Positions 27,964 to 37,729 of a DNA stretch of 64,000 nt are shown one piece after another. Within the stretch, counting starts at the first letter, position 1. Every line of letters starts with the position of its first letter. This DNA comes from Planctomycetota bacterium (lineage in GTDB: Bacteria > Planctomycetota > Planctomycetia > JALXBF01): the NCBI GenBank assembly GCA_026991575.1, contig JALXBF010000105.1, positions 1 through 64,000 of the forward strand. The letters run 5' to 3'. The position numbers were made by a program, and so were the translations under genes. Below the pieces are notes generated by a model that did no database searches, was not told where the DNA came from, and saw nothing but the letters and a program-made list of their open reading frames with translations.

Positions 27964-29325
27964 TCAGAGCATTCCGGCCTGGTGCAACCGGTCCAGCGTG
28001 GCGTCAACGGCAGCTACCGTTCGCTCTACGTCCTCTTCCGTGTGCGCTGCATTACTCATGCCGCGCAACCCGGGCACGTCCACACCGGCCAGCAGCATGC
28101 CCAGACGGAAAGCATACCGCAGCGGCGCAGGCACCGCCGTGGCCAGCTCATGCCAGCGGGCACCGGGTGGCCAGCGATAGTCGCGTGGTTCGGGCACATC
28201 GGACGCAGCCGGGTAGATGTAGAAGTCCGAGAAACGGCCGTAGGCGACCCAGCGCACGCTGCGGCGGGCAAACAGTTCATTGAGTCGGATGCGCAGTTGA
28301 CGGGCAACCCGGTTCGCCTGCTCCGCCGCCTGCCCGTCGGCCACTTTTCGCAACGTGGTGATCCCGGCGCTGGCCGACAGCGGGTTGGCGTTGAAGGTAC
28401 CCGGATGTGGCATCTTCTGGCCTGCTCGGTTCGCGAACGCCAGCAGTGCCAACACATCCTCTCTGCCACCGACGCAGCCACCAGGCAGACCACCGGCAAG
28501 GATCTTCGCAAAGGTCGATAAGTCCGGACGGATCCCGAACCGTCCCTGAGCCCCCCCTGGGTGAACTCGGAAGCCCGTGATCACCTCGTCGAAGATCAGC
28601 AGCACGCCGGCTTCGGCGGTCACGGCGCGCAAGTCGCTCAGGAATGTCTCGTCCGTCGGGACAAGCCCGTAGTGGCCGCCGGTCGGTTCCAGAATCACGC
28701 ACCCGATTGCTTGGTCGGTACGCAACGCCCGGACCACAGCGTCGATGTCGTTGGGCGGCACCAGCACGGTGTCCTGACGCACCTCATCGAGCAACCCGGG
28801 CACGTTTCGCTCAAAGGGGGGATCAGCACCTTGAATCAGAAAATCATTCCAGCCGTGGAAATGCCCGTAGAACTTGAGCACCTTGGGCTTCCCAGTGAAC
28901 ATGCGCGCAAGCCGCAGCGCCATCATCGTCGCCTCGGTGCCGCTGCTGGTAAACCTCAATCGTTCGACCGACGGGACCAGCCGCTGCACCAACTCCCCCC
29001 ACTCCAGCTCCAGGCGATGGCACGCCCCCGGATGTGTGCCTCGTTCGATCTGGTGCTGCACTGCCGCGACCACGTCCGGGTCACTGTGCCCGAACATCAA
29101 CGCACCGTGGCCGGACCACCAGTCAACCAGCTCGTGACCTTCCACCGTCCACTTGCGGCTACCGCGAGCCTCTTCGACGTACGGTGGGAACGGTTCAAGG
29201 TAGCGTGCATCGTGCGTAACGCCGTTGGGAAACAGCTCCCCGGCTCGCTCGTACAGCAACCGGGAGCGGTGAAACCGCTCGGCGTACTCGTCGATCAGAC
29301 TGGCAGGTAGACTGGCTGTACTCAT
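27964..29325 (-). CDS. Class III PLP-dependent aminotransferase (GSA-aminomutase-like)
   Basis: RFTSSGTEATM, FHGWND, LIFDEVITGFR, TFAKILAGG (PLP Lys), GTFNANP. Confidence 0.9.
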   Translation of the reverse strand: MSTASLPASLIDEYAERFHRSRLLYERAGELFPNGVTHDARYLEPFPPYVEEARGSRKWTVEGHELVDWWSGHGALMFGHSDPDVVAAVQHQIERGTHPGACHRLELEWGELVQRLVPSVERLRFTSSGTEATMMALRLARMFTGKPKVLKFYGHFHGWNDFLIQGADPPFERNVPGLLDEVRQDTVLVPPNDIDAVVRALRTDQAIGCVILEPTGGHYGLVPTDETFLSDLRAVTAEAGVLLIFDEVITGFRVHPGGAQGRFGIRPDLSTFAKILAGGLPGGCVGGREDVLALLAFANRAGQKMPHPGTFNANPLSASAGITTLRKVADGQAAEQANRVARQLRIRLNELFARRSVRWVAYGRFSDFYIYPAASDVPEPRDYRWPPGARWHELATAVPAPLRYAFRLGMLLAGVDVPGLRGMSNAAHTEEDVERTVAAVDATLDRLHQAGML

Positions 29326-29339
29326 CGGTTGCTTCCCCG

Positions 29340-32300
29340 CTAACTGGCCGCGCGGTCTGCGGTGGCGCGTGCCGTGGGCTTTTGGCTCAGCTCCAGCGCA
29401 AGCCGCTTGGCCTGGCGCAGATCGAGCTTCCCGGTAGGCAATGCCGGTAGCTCCGGCACCTCAAAGAACATGTTCCGTGCCGGGATCCACAAGTTGGGTA
29501 GGCCAGCGTTCTTGAGCCGCTCGTAGATCACGTCCACCGGCTCAGGCAGCGGCTCGTGCAGCACCACAAGCCGCTCCCCTTTGGTCGCGTCCGGCACGCC
29601 GAGCACGGCAATGCCGATATCATCGGCCTGGATCACCTGCCGCAGCGCCTCCTCCACCCTGACGTGCGGCACCATCTCGCCGCCGATCTTGGAGAATCGC
29701 GCAAGGCGGTCCGTAATCATGATGAAGCCGTCCTCATCGACCCGGGCAACATCACCGGTCATGTACCAGCCATCCTGCAGCACCTGCTTGGTAAGCCGCG
29801 GCCGTTTCAGGTAGCCCTTCATCACGTTGGGCCCGTACACGTAGAGCATGCCGTCGTGGCCCGGGCCAAGTGGCTCATTGCTGTCCAGGTCGCGCACCTG
29901 GACAGCGACCCCGAAGATCGGATGGCCCACCGTGCCCGGCTTCGGCCCGGTGGGCAGGCCGTCGGCACCGACCAGGGTGGTGGTGTTGACGCTGACCACC
30001 GGCGATAGCTCCGTGCAGCCGTAGCCTTCCAGAGGCTCAACGCCGAACCGATCGCGGAACGCCGCCGCCACCTGGGCCGGCAATTTCTCCGCCCCCGTAA
30101 TCACCAGACGCAGGGACCGGAACTGCTCGGCCGGAATCCGCCGGATGTAGCTGCGCAGGAAGGTCGGCGTGCTGCACAGAATCGTGCCCTGTTCCCGTTC
30201 GGTCAGCTCACCGATCGCCTTCGGTTCAAGCGGGCTGGGATGGTAGACTGCCCCGGCCCCCACAAAGAACGGCACCCAGAGGTTGGTTAGGAAACCGAAC
30301 GAGTGGAACAGCGGCAGCGTGCCGACGAGACGATCGGACGGCACCGGCGTAATCGCCTGGATAACCGCCTGGGCATTGCTGAGCACGTTGTGATGCGTCA
30401 GCATCACCCCTTTGGGATCCCCGGTGCTGCCGCTGGAAAAGATCACCGTCAGCAGGTCGTCTGGGTCGTAGTCGGGCATGCGAAAGACGAGCTTCTCAAC
30501 CAGCCAGATCGGCAGCACGTAGGCAGCCAGTGCTGCGATCAGCTTGTCGGAAATGGTCACCTCATTGCGTAGGTCTTCCAGTACGGTGGGTTCCACGGGA
30601 AGCTCGATTCGGATCCGGCTCAGCAGCTTACGCGACGTCAGGATCGTTCGGATACCGCATTGCGCGACGGCCGACTCGATCGCCTCCTGCGACGCGGTGA
30701 AGTTCAGGTTGACGGGCACTTTGCCCATGAAGATCAGGCTGAGGTTCGTCATGCAGCCGCCGACGGAGGGGGGCAGGATCACGCCAACCATCTGCTCGTC
30801 GCGGTCCAGCTTGCGCCGCAGCAGCCGGCTGAGCACCACCGCCCGAAGCAGCGCCTGGCGATAGGTCAGGCGGACGCCGGTCGTATCGGCCATGCAGAGG
30901 TTGCGGGGATAGCGGCGGAAGGCGCGGAGCAGATACCAGGGGAGTGTCTTTTCATGGTGCCGTTGCTCGATGAGCTGGTCGGCAGCCAGCTGCTGAACTT
31001 CCTGCCGCACCTGCCACCACGGCGTGCTGCTGGCTAGCGGCGCGCCGAACGCGACCTCTACCGGATGACCGCGGCGTAGGCGCACGTCCACCGTGCACCA
31101 GAGGCCGTGCAGTGTGCAGACCCTGCCCCAGCCCCGGTTTACGCTGACCGGGACGATCGCCGGGCAGTAACGCTGGACGATCCGCCAGAACAGGTGGCGG
31201 AAGCGACCGCGTTCCCGGGTTTGCGCATCGAAATGTCCTTCGTTCATCAGGCACACGATTTCGCCGCGCGCAAACGCGGCACGCACTTCGCGCAGTGCTG
31301 CTGCCAGGCCGGCGGCATCCGACGACCGCGCGGCAACCACGATCGGATCCAGCAACTCCAGGGCATACCGGGCCGCCGGATCCGCGGCCGCGTCCTCCGG
31401 CACAACGAATCGCATCCGTCGCGGCACCGCCGCGCGGACCAACAGCAGATCAGGCAGGTCCAGGTGGGTGGTGACCAACAACACCGGGCCGCTGTCAGGA
31501 ACGTTCTGGCTGTCAATGACGCGCAGCAGCCGGGCCCCGTTCGTATGCAACCGGACGGCTAGTTCCAGCAGCGTGTGGGGTGCGATCAGCACCAGCACCA
31601 CAGCACCAGCCAGCGCGCTGACCAGGCCCGCCAGAACCACGTAGCGGCCAAGGACCAGCGCCCCCAGGACGCCAAGCACGGCCGCAACGCCCGCCACTAA
31701 CCGTCCGCGGAGCATCGTGGCCAACACGCCTTCCCACGCGCCCACTTGACGGAGCAACACGGAAGGCGACGGGGCCAGTGCTCCCAGGCCAGTGCCGATC
31801 ACAAACCATGACGCCGTCTCCTGCCACATCCCCGCAGAAAGCGCCAGGTTCAAGGCACAGCCCAGGGACACCAGCAGGCTGCCGCCCAACAACGTGGCCA
31901 GCTCATAGCGGCCGCGCGACGCCATGGCGGCAAGCAGATGGCCGAACGCCACACCAATCGAGGCGGTAACCAGCAGGACCACGTTGCGTGCCAGGCCCCC
32001 GCTGCTCAAGAACAGAATGTGCGCCGCGAAAGCAGCCGCAAAGAACGCCCACAGGGCCATGGCCGTAAGCCAGGCCCAGAGAAGGTCACGTGCCGAGGGG
32101 GGCAAGGCCTCCGTCGACCGAAGCGGCCACCGCTCCCTGCGATCCCGGATGTCCGGCACGTAGAGCGCCGTCAGCGCGACACCGCTAGAAAGCATCAGGA
32201 GCCAGAGTACCGACGAGGGCACATCCCCCTGCGCCAGACGCACCCCGAACAACGTGCCCAGCCCGATTGCCACCCACGCAGCGGCTCGCAGCTGACTGTC

Positions 32301-32726
32301 CAGGTACGCGGCCTCACTGAGGTGGCATGACTGAGTGAGCAACCGGTCGAGGGCCGCACGGTACATGCCCAGCACGGCACCGAGACCGAGTAAGCAGACG
32401 ACGGCCAGCAGGTCACGGCCAGTCACCACGCCGAATGCGCCGATGACCAGCAGGGGCAACTGCACAAGGAGGCATAGCCAGAGCGTCCGCTGCAGTTGCC
32501 AGCGATGACGGAGCAGAACGGCAAGGGAGTTGGCCACGGCGCCAGCACCGCCCAGGACGGCAACGAACAGCGCCGCGTAAATCTGGCCGAAATCGGGTGC
32601 CTCCTGCTGCCGAGCCCACCACACCAGCGCGGCAAAGGCAGCAGCCTGGAACACGATTAGGATATTGGCGATCACCAGCGCTACCAACTGGTGCGCCGGC
32701 ACAGACAGCGTGCGACGGCTAATCAT
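29340..32726 (-). CDS. aas: MFS / acyltransferase / acyl-ACP synthetase fusion (LplT-Aas-like)
   Basis: Polytopic N-terminus; PlsC-like HLDLPD (HX4D); AMP-binding IFSSGSTGDPKGV, EGYGCTELSP, TGD, RFSKIGGEMV, GKLD. Confidence 0.85.
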   Translation of the reverse strand: MISRRTLSVPAHQLVALVIANILIVFQAAAFAALVWWARQQEAPDFGQIYAALFVAVLGGAGAVANSLAVLLRHRWQLQRTLWLCLLVQLPLLVIGAFGVVTGRDLLAVVCLLGLGAVLGMYRAALDRLLTQSCHLSEAAYLDSQLRAAAWVAIGLGTLFGVRLAQGDVPSSVLWLLMLSSGVALTALYVPDIRDRRERWPLRSTEALPPSARDLLWAWLTAMALWAFFAAAFAAHILFLSSGGLARNVVLLVTASIGVAFGHLLAAMASRGRYELATLLGGSLLVSLGCALNLALSAGMWQETASWFVIGTGLGALAPSPSVLLRQVGAWEGVLATMLRGRLVAGVAAVLGVLGALVLGRYVVLAGLVSALAGAVVLVLIAPHTLLELAVRLHTNGARLLRVIDSQNVPDSGPVLLVTTHLDLPDLLLVRAAVPRRMRFVVPEDAAADPAARYALELLDPIVVAARSSDAAGLAAALREVRAAFARGEIVCLMNEGHFDAQTRERGRFRHLFWRIVQRYCPAIVPVSVNRGWGRVCTLHGLWCTVDVRLRRGHPVEVAFGAPLASSTPWWQVRQEVQQLAADQLIEQRHHEKTLPWYLLRAFRRYPRNLCMADTTGVRLTYRQALLRAVVLSRLLRRKLDRDEQMVGVILPPSVGGCMTNLSLIFMGKVPVNLNFTASQEAIESAVAQCGIRTILTSRKLLSRIRIELPVEPTVLEDLRNEVTISDKLIAALAAYVLPIWLVEKLVFRMPDYDPDDLLTVIFSSGSTGDPKGVMLTHHNVLSNAQAVIQAITPVPSDRLVGTLPLFHSFGFLTNLWVPFFVGAGAVYHPSPLEPKAIGELTEREQGTILCSTPTFLRSYIRRIPAEQFRSLRLVITGAEKLPAQVAAAFRDRFGVEPLEGYGCTELSPVVSVNTTTLVGADGLPTGPKPGTVGHPIFGVAVQVRDLDSNEPLGPGHDGMLYVYGPNVMKGYLKRPRLTKQVLQDGWYMTGDVARVDEDGFIMITDRLARFSKIGGEMVPHVRVEEALRQVIQADDIGIAVLGVPDATKGERLVVLHEPLPEPVDVIYERLKNAGLPNLWIPARNMFFEVPELPALPTGKLDLRQAKRLALELSQKPTARATADRAAS

Positions 32727-32893
32727 GTTGGCTCCACACAGCACCACTGCGGCGGGGACGCCGCCAGACGGGCACCGGTTGCGTGCCTTCTACCTACCGG
32801 CACGCACAGTTTAAGGGCTTTCGCGGACACGGGGCAAGGGCACCGCGTGGGCAAGGGTGCACCGGGGATCAAGTCAGCACCGAGGAAGGCGAC

Positions 32894-34594
32894 ATGCCAA
32901 GGCGTAACCGCGGTCACGGCGAGTCCATGCTCTTCGGCGCCGGCATACGCTGGGTGCCCATCGCGGTGTTGCTCGCCCCAGTACTGGTTCTGGTCGTGAC
33001 CGCGATTCGGAACAGCGCTGAGCTCGCGTCGGCGACAACCAGGTTCAACCTCTGGCAACTCTTGGCCAACACGGTCAGCGTTGCGGCCGTGGCTGCAGTC
33101 ATTGCCGCAATCATCGGTCTGCCCCTCGGGCTAATGCTTGGTGAGTGCCGTGTGCTGGGCCGTCGCTTCGTCCTCATGCTCTTGGCCCTCGCCTTGGTGC
33201 TCCCGGCCGAACTGCATGCAATGGCCTGGTTTGGCTGGTTCGGTTCCGGCTCGGCGGCGGCAACTGCATGGCAGTTTGAGCTGCTTGAGCGCGTGCTGCG
33301 CGTCGTGCTGCATCAGCTTTCGGCACAGGTTGCCCAGACCGGACAGGTGTCGTACTGGGCCAAGGTACTTGCGGCCGGCTGGGTCCATGGTCTGCTGGGC
33401 AGCGCTATCGTGGCTCTGACCATTCAGCTCGGCCTGCGCGCGATCGCCGATGAGGTTCGCGACGCGGCCAGCCTGGACGCTTCGCCACTGCGCGCGCTGC
33501 GACACGTGCTGCTGCCACAAACTCGATGGGCGCTTGCCTCAGGCGTGCTGCTGGCCGTGCTGCTCAGCGTCACCGAGATCGCAGTCGTGGACCTGATCCA
33601 GCTATGGACGCTTGCCGATGCGATCTACGTTGCATTCCAGCTGGACGGACAGCTCTACGGGGCAGCGGCGCTGTCGCTGCCGCTAGCGGTGCTGCTAGCT
33701 GCCATCGGCTCCGTGACGCTCTACAGCCTGCGCACCGAAAGGCTCTACGGCCCTGAGCAGACCATCCCGACGATCCATCGGCGGCGCCGATCGATGTTTG
33801 GCGGTGCTGTGGTAGGCATCGTGGCCACGCTCGTCTGCTGGACAGTTGCCCTGGCACTGGTCGCCATACCTCTTGCCACGCTGCTCGTCCGCGCTGCCGG
33901 CGTGGCTCCGGATGGTCCCCTGATCGGGCTCTTGATTCAGAGTCGATCCGTCGTTGTCAACGAACTCGCCGTCAGCTTGTTCCTCGCTACGGCGGCAGCC
34001 GCAGTGGCCGTCGCAGTGGCATGCCCATGGGGCTGGAGCGCAACACGACCCGAACGCTCCCGCGTGCCGAGCAACTCGTTAAGGCTGGCCATGGCGGTCG
34101 GCGCCCTTGCCCCCCCGCTAATCGGGTTGGCCGTGGCCAACTTCGCATTGGCCGTGAGCGTCGACCTGTACGATTCGTACGTGCCGGCTGTCTGGGCACT
34201 GGCGATACGTTGCCTGCCGCCGGCTCTCGTGCTGCTGCCGTGGGCTACGAGCAGGTTGCCGGCAGAGCTGTTTGCAGCAGCGGAGCTTGACGGTGCAGGG
34301 GCTTTCCAGCTGATTCGGTGGATCTGGCTGCCACTCTGCTTGCCTGTCCTGGCGGCAGCGTTTGTGTTGGCGGTGGCCGTGGCGGCGGCGGATGTGGGCA
34401 CGGCGGTGGTGTGCGTGCCACCCGGGATCCCGCCGCTGACGGTCCGGCTGTTCCATCTGCTTCACTACGGCTTTGATGACTATGTCGCCGGCCTTGCGCT
34501 GTGGCTAGCCCTGGCAGTGTTGGCCATCGGCGGCGTCGCCATCGGGCTGCTGGGACGGCTGAGCCGCCGATCCGAAGGAGGCTGCCTGCGATGA
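32894..34594 (+). CDS. ABC transporter permease with two fused BPD_transp domains (FbpB/ThiP-like)
   Basis: Polytopic membrane protein with two EAA-like motifs (DAASLDAS, AAAELDGA); ATG 32894 after GAGGAAGG. Confidence 0.8.
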   Translation: MPRRNRGHGESMLFGAGIRWVPIAVLLAPVLVLVVTAIRNSAELASATTRFNLWQLLANTVSVAAVAAVIAAIIGLPLGLMLGECRVLGRRFVLMLLALALVLPAELHAMAWFGWFGSGSAAATAWQFELLERVLRVVLHQLSAQVAQTGQVSYWAKVLAAGWVHGLLGSAIVALTIQLGLRAIADEVRDAASLDASPLRALRHVLLPQTRWALASGVLLAVLLSVTEIAVVDLIQLWTLADAIYVAFQLDGQLYGAAALSLPLAVLLAAIGSVTLYSLRTERLYGPEQTIPTIHRRRRSMFGGAVVGIVATLVCWTVALALVAIPLATLLVRAAGVAPDGPLIGLLIQSRSVVVNELAVSLFLATAAAAVAVAVACPWGWSATRPERSRVPSNSLRLAMAVGALAPPLIGLAVANFALAVSVDLYDSYVPAVWALAIRCLPPALVLLPWATSRLPAELFAAAELDGAGAFQLIRWIWLPLCLPVLAAAFVLAVAVAAADVGTAVVCVPPGIPPLTVRLFHLLHYGFDDYVAGLALWLALAVLAIGGVAIGLLGRLSRRSEGGCLR

Positions 34595-35475
34595 GACTGG
34601 AGATCGACCGGATTGTGATCGTCGGCGCACGGGGCCAGCTCGGACAGGATCTCTGCAGACTATTGGGCGAACGTGCCGTGCCGCTGACGCACGAGCAGAT
34701 CGAGCTCCGTTCGCGCAGCTCAGTGCACGAGGCGGTGCGCGCTGCCCAACCAGGAGCGGTCATCAACGTCGCGGCGTACAACCTGGTCGACCGGGCCGAA
34801 GATGACCCTCAGGCCGCTCTGGAGGTGAACTGCTGCGGTGTGCGCTACCTGGCAGAGATTTGCAGCGAACTTGGCGTACCGCTGGTGCATTTCAGCACCG
34901 ACTACGTCTTCGGCCGCGACGAGCATCGTTCCGTGCCATACACCGAAGAGGACCTTCCCGGACCGGTGAACTGCTACGGGGTCTCGAAGCTTGCCGGTGA
35001 GCACGCTGCCTTGCTCACCCACGAAGCACTCTATGTGGTGCGAACATGTGGCGTGTACGGGCTGTACGGCAAAGGGGGCAAAGGCACGAACTTCGTGGAG
35101 ACAATGCTCCGGTTGGCCGCAGAGCGGGACGAGCTGCGCGTGGTGGCCGACCAGCATTGCACCCCGACCTACAGCGCGGATCTGGCCGCCGCCGTCATGG
35201 AGTTGCTGGCTAAGCGGCCTCCCTATGGCCTATACCACTGTACGAACAGCGGTGCCTGCAGCTGGTACGAGTTCGCATGTGCGATCTTCGAGCTGGCCGG
35301 TTGTGCCGTGCGGTGCCGCCCGATTTGCTCGGCGGAATACCCCACGCGTGCCCGGCGGCCGCGCTACAGCGTGCTGGATTGCACGAAGTGGCGCAAGGCG
35401 GGGCTGACGCCACTACGGCCCTGGCGTGACGCGTTGGCCGCGTACCTTGCCACGCGGCAACCACGGTCAGGCTAA
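34591..35475 (+). CDS. rfbD: dTDP-4-dehydrorhamnose reductase
   Basis: GARGQLG, VINVAAYNLVDRAE, HFSTDYVF, YGVSKLAGE, NFVETML, VVADQ..TPT, RPRYSVLD; ATGA overlap with the permease stop. Confidence 0.93.
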   Translation: MRLEIDRIVIVGARGQLGQDLCRLLGERAVPLTHEQIELRSRSSVHEAVRAAQPGAVINVAAYNLVDRAEDDPQAALEVNCCGVRYLAEICSELGVPLVHFSTDYVFGRDEHRSVPYTEEDLPGPVNCYGVSKLAGEHAALLTHEALYVVRTCGVYGLYGKGGKGTNFVETMLRLAAERDELRVVADQHCTPTYSADLAAAVMELLAKRPPYGLYHCTNSGACSWYEFACAIFELAGCAVRCRPICSAEYPTRARRPRYSVLDCTKWRKAGLTPLRPWRDALAAYLATRQPRSG

Positions 35476-36113
35476 GCCGTCGGTTGGCGGTCGTTGTGCG
35501 GTGGCAGGATCCGCACCCGCCTCCCCTCGATCTTGAGCCGGCCTTGGGCAAACAGCTCGATCGCCTCCGGATAAGCCTCGCACTCCTGTTCGAAAACCCG
35601 CGCAGCAAGCGTCTCCGGCGTATCATCCTCCAGCACTGGCACGCACCGCTGGATGATGATCGGACCATGGTCATACTCGTTGTCAACAAAATGAACCGTG
35701 CAACCGCTGACCTTGACCCCCCGCTCCAGCGCCGCCCGGTGCACACGCAGACCGTAGTAGCCCTTGCCGCAGAACGCCGGGATCAGTGCCGGATGGATGT
35801 TCATGACCCGCCCCTCGAAGTCGGGCGGGATCCGCAGCAGTCGCAGGAAGCCCGCAAGCGTAACCAGGTCGGCCCCGACCGCCCGCACATGCCGGAACAC
35901 CTGCTCGCTCATGCTCTCCGGATCCGGGTAGGCGCGGTAATCGACGATCTCCAGTCGCAGGCCAGCACGGCGCGCCCGCTCATTCCCCGCGCAGTCACGC
36001 CGCGAGGAGATGACCACGGCGATCTCAGCCCGCAGCCGGCCGTCACGGATCCGGTCGATGAAGTTCTGCAGCGTGGTACCGCCACCGGAGATCAGCACCG
36101 CCAGTCGAATCAC
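35472..36113 (-). CDS. purN: Phosphoribosylglycinamide formyltransferase
   Basis: LAVLISGGGTTLQ, LAGFL, NIHPALIPAF, SGCTVHFVDNEYDHGPII; GTG start at 36113. Confidence 0.95.
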   Translation of the reverse strand: MIRLAVLISGGGTTLQNFIDRIRDGRLRAEIAVVISSRRDCAGNERARRAGLRLEIVDYRAYPDPESMSEQVFRHVRAVGADLVTLAGFLRLLRIPPDFEGRVMNIHPALIPAFCGKGYYGLRVHRAALERGVKVSGCTVHFVDNEYDHGPIIIQRCVPVLEDDTPETLAARVFEQECEAYPEAIELFAQGRLKIEGRRVRILPPHNDRQPTA

Positions 36114-36133
36114 ATCAAGCCCCCAGGCGGGCC

Positions 36134-37117
36134 TCAGACAAGCCCCTGCTCCGAAAGCCACCGTTCGGCGTCCAACGCAGCCATGCAGCCCGTGCCCGCT
36201 GCCGTGACCGCTTGCCGGTAGTAGCTGTCAGCCACGTCGCCTGCGGCAAACACGCCCTCCACGCTGGTCACCGTCCGGAACGGTTCCTTCCAGACGATGT
36301 ACCCCTTCTCATCCAGCTCAAGCTGGCCGCGGAGAAAGTCCGTGTTCGGCGTGTGCCCGATGGCCAGGAACATGCCCGAGCACTCGACGATTTCCTCGGT
36401 GTCATCCACCGTGCTCTTGAGCCGAACCCCAGTTACCCCCTGCTCATCGTTACCCAACACCTCGACCACAATCCGATTCCATTTCACCTCCACCTTCGGA
36501 TTGGCAAACAGGCGCTGCTGCATGATCTTCGAGGCACGCAACTTGTCACGGCGGTGCACCACAATAACCTTCGACGCGAACTTTGCCAGGTAAAGCGCTT
36601 CTTCGACCGCCGAATCGCCGCCACCGACAACCACCACCGGCCGGTTGCGAAATCGGGGCAACGCCCCGTCACAGACCGCGCATGCGGAAACCCCACGGTT
36701 TCGAAAGCGTTCCTCGGACTCCAGCCCCAGGTAGTTAGCACGCGCCCCGGTTGCCACGATGACAGCATGGGCCGTGACCTCTTTGCCCTCGCGTGACTTC
36801 AGCCAGAAGGGACGGCGGCTGAAGTCAACCGCAACGATGTCGTCTGTGATCACCCGCGTGCCGAACCGGACAGCCTGAGCTCGGCAGCGTTCCATCAGCT
36901 CCGGCCCCTGGATCCCTTCCGGAAATCCTGGATAGTTCTCCACTTCTGTCGTCAGGGCCAGTTGGCCCAATGGCAGCGTGCCTTTGATGCGGTTCTCCTC
37001 AGTAATCGCCCCCTCGAACACAAGCGGATCCAGATTGGCCCGGGCAGCATAGATCGCTGCAGTCCAACCGGCAGGTCCCGAACCGATGATCACAACCTTC
37101 TCCGGTCCTTCCGCCAT
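36134..37117 (-). CDS. trxB: Thioredoxin-disulfide reductase
   Basis: [59 protein letters not shown]. Confidence 0.96.
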   Translation of the reverse strand: MAEGPEKVVIIGSGPAGWTAAIYAARANLDPLVFEGAITEENRIKGTLPLGQLALTTEVENYPGFPEGIQGPELMERCRAQAVRFGTRVITDDIVAVDFSRRPFWLKSREGKEVTAHAVIVATGARANYLGLESEERFRNRGVSACAVCDGALPRFRNRPVVVVGGGDSAVEEALYLAKFASKVIVVHRRDKLRASKIMQQRLFANPKVEVKWNRIVVEVLGNDEQGVTGVRLKSTVDDTEEIVECSGMFLAIGHTPNTDFLRGQLELDEKGYIVWKEPFRTVTSVEGVFAAGDVADSYYRQAVTAAGTGCMAALDAERWLSEQGLV

Positions 37118-37436
37118 CGCGGTACCTCCAAACTCGGCATGCCACCCGCGCGCTGCTGAGAGGAACAACCAATCTTCACGCCCGCCGGCGACAGCGTCAA
37201 GCGGCCAGGTCCCACCGACGTCGATGCGCGAGATGGTGGGTGGCCGGAACACCGCCGATCGGATCTTTCCGTTTTTGCCGGCCAGTTATGCACACAGCGA
37301 CGGACCGAGCCTCGTCGCCGCCGGCGAGCAAGCGTGCTGGCCGCTTGCGACTGCGCGCTGTTCGGTCCAAGAAGCAGGCCCACAGGGCGATCCGTAGAAT
37401 CCAGATGGGCAGGCGATCGACGCAGAGGTGCATCGC

Positions 37437-37724
37437 ATGCGAGCGGGACAGCAGCGCGGCCCGGCGGTCCGCGTCGAGTACTATGGCAGCGTGCGGCTCC
37501 GTGCCGGTGTTGCGACCGATGAAGTCCGAGCAGCTAGCGTGGCGGAACTGTTGCGCGAGCTGGTCCGGCGGCGGCGCGGGCTGAGCCCGGACGTGCTCGC
37601 CGAAGATGGTACGCCACGTGCTGTGCTCGTGGTCCTCAACGAGCGCCATGTCGTAGACGATCTGTCCCACCCGCTCATGCCGGGAGACCGGGTTCTGCTC
37701 GCTAACCCAGATGTCGGCGGCTAG
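37437..37724 (+). CDS. moaD: MoaD/ThiS family sulfur carrier
   Basis: Beta-grasp pattern VRVEYYG..R...VVLNE...L.PGDRV, C-terminal GG; upstream of AOR and mobA. Confidence 0.8.
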   Translation: MRAGQQRGPAVRVEYYGSVRLRAGVATDEVRAASVAELLRELVRRRRGLSPDVLAEDGTPRAVLVVLNERHVVDDLSHPLMPGDRVLLANPDVGG

Positions 37725-37729
37725 GTATC

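Noticed and set aside
27964..29325. hemL gene symbol
   Set aside because: GSA-like fold, but the N-terminal motif reads PNGVTHDAR rather than PGGVNSPVR; probably a paralogue with another substrate.
37118..37436. Moco/Wco riboswitch upstream of moaD-AOR
   Set aside because: Only short GC-rich hairpins; no recognisable Moco-motif architecture. An Rfam scan would settle it.
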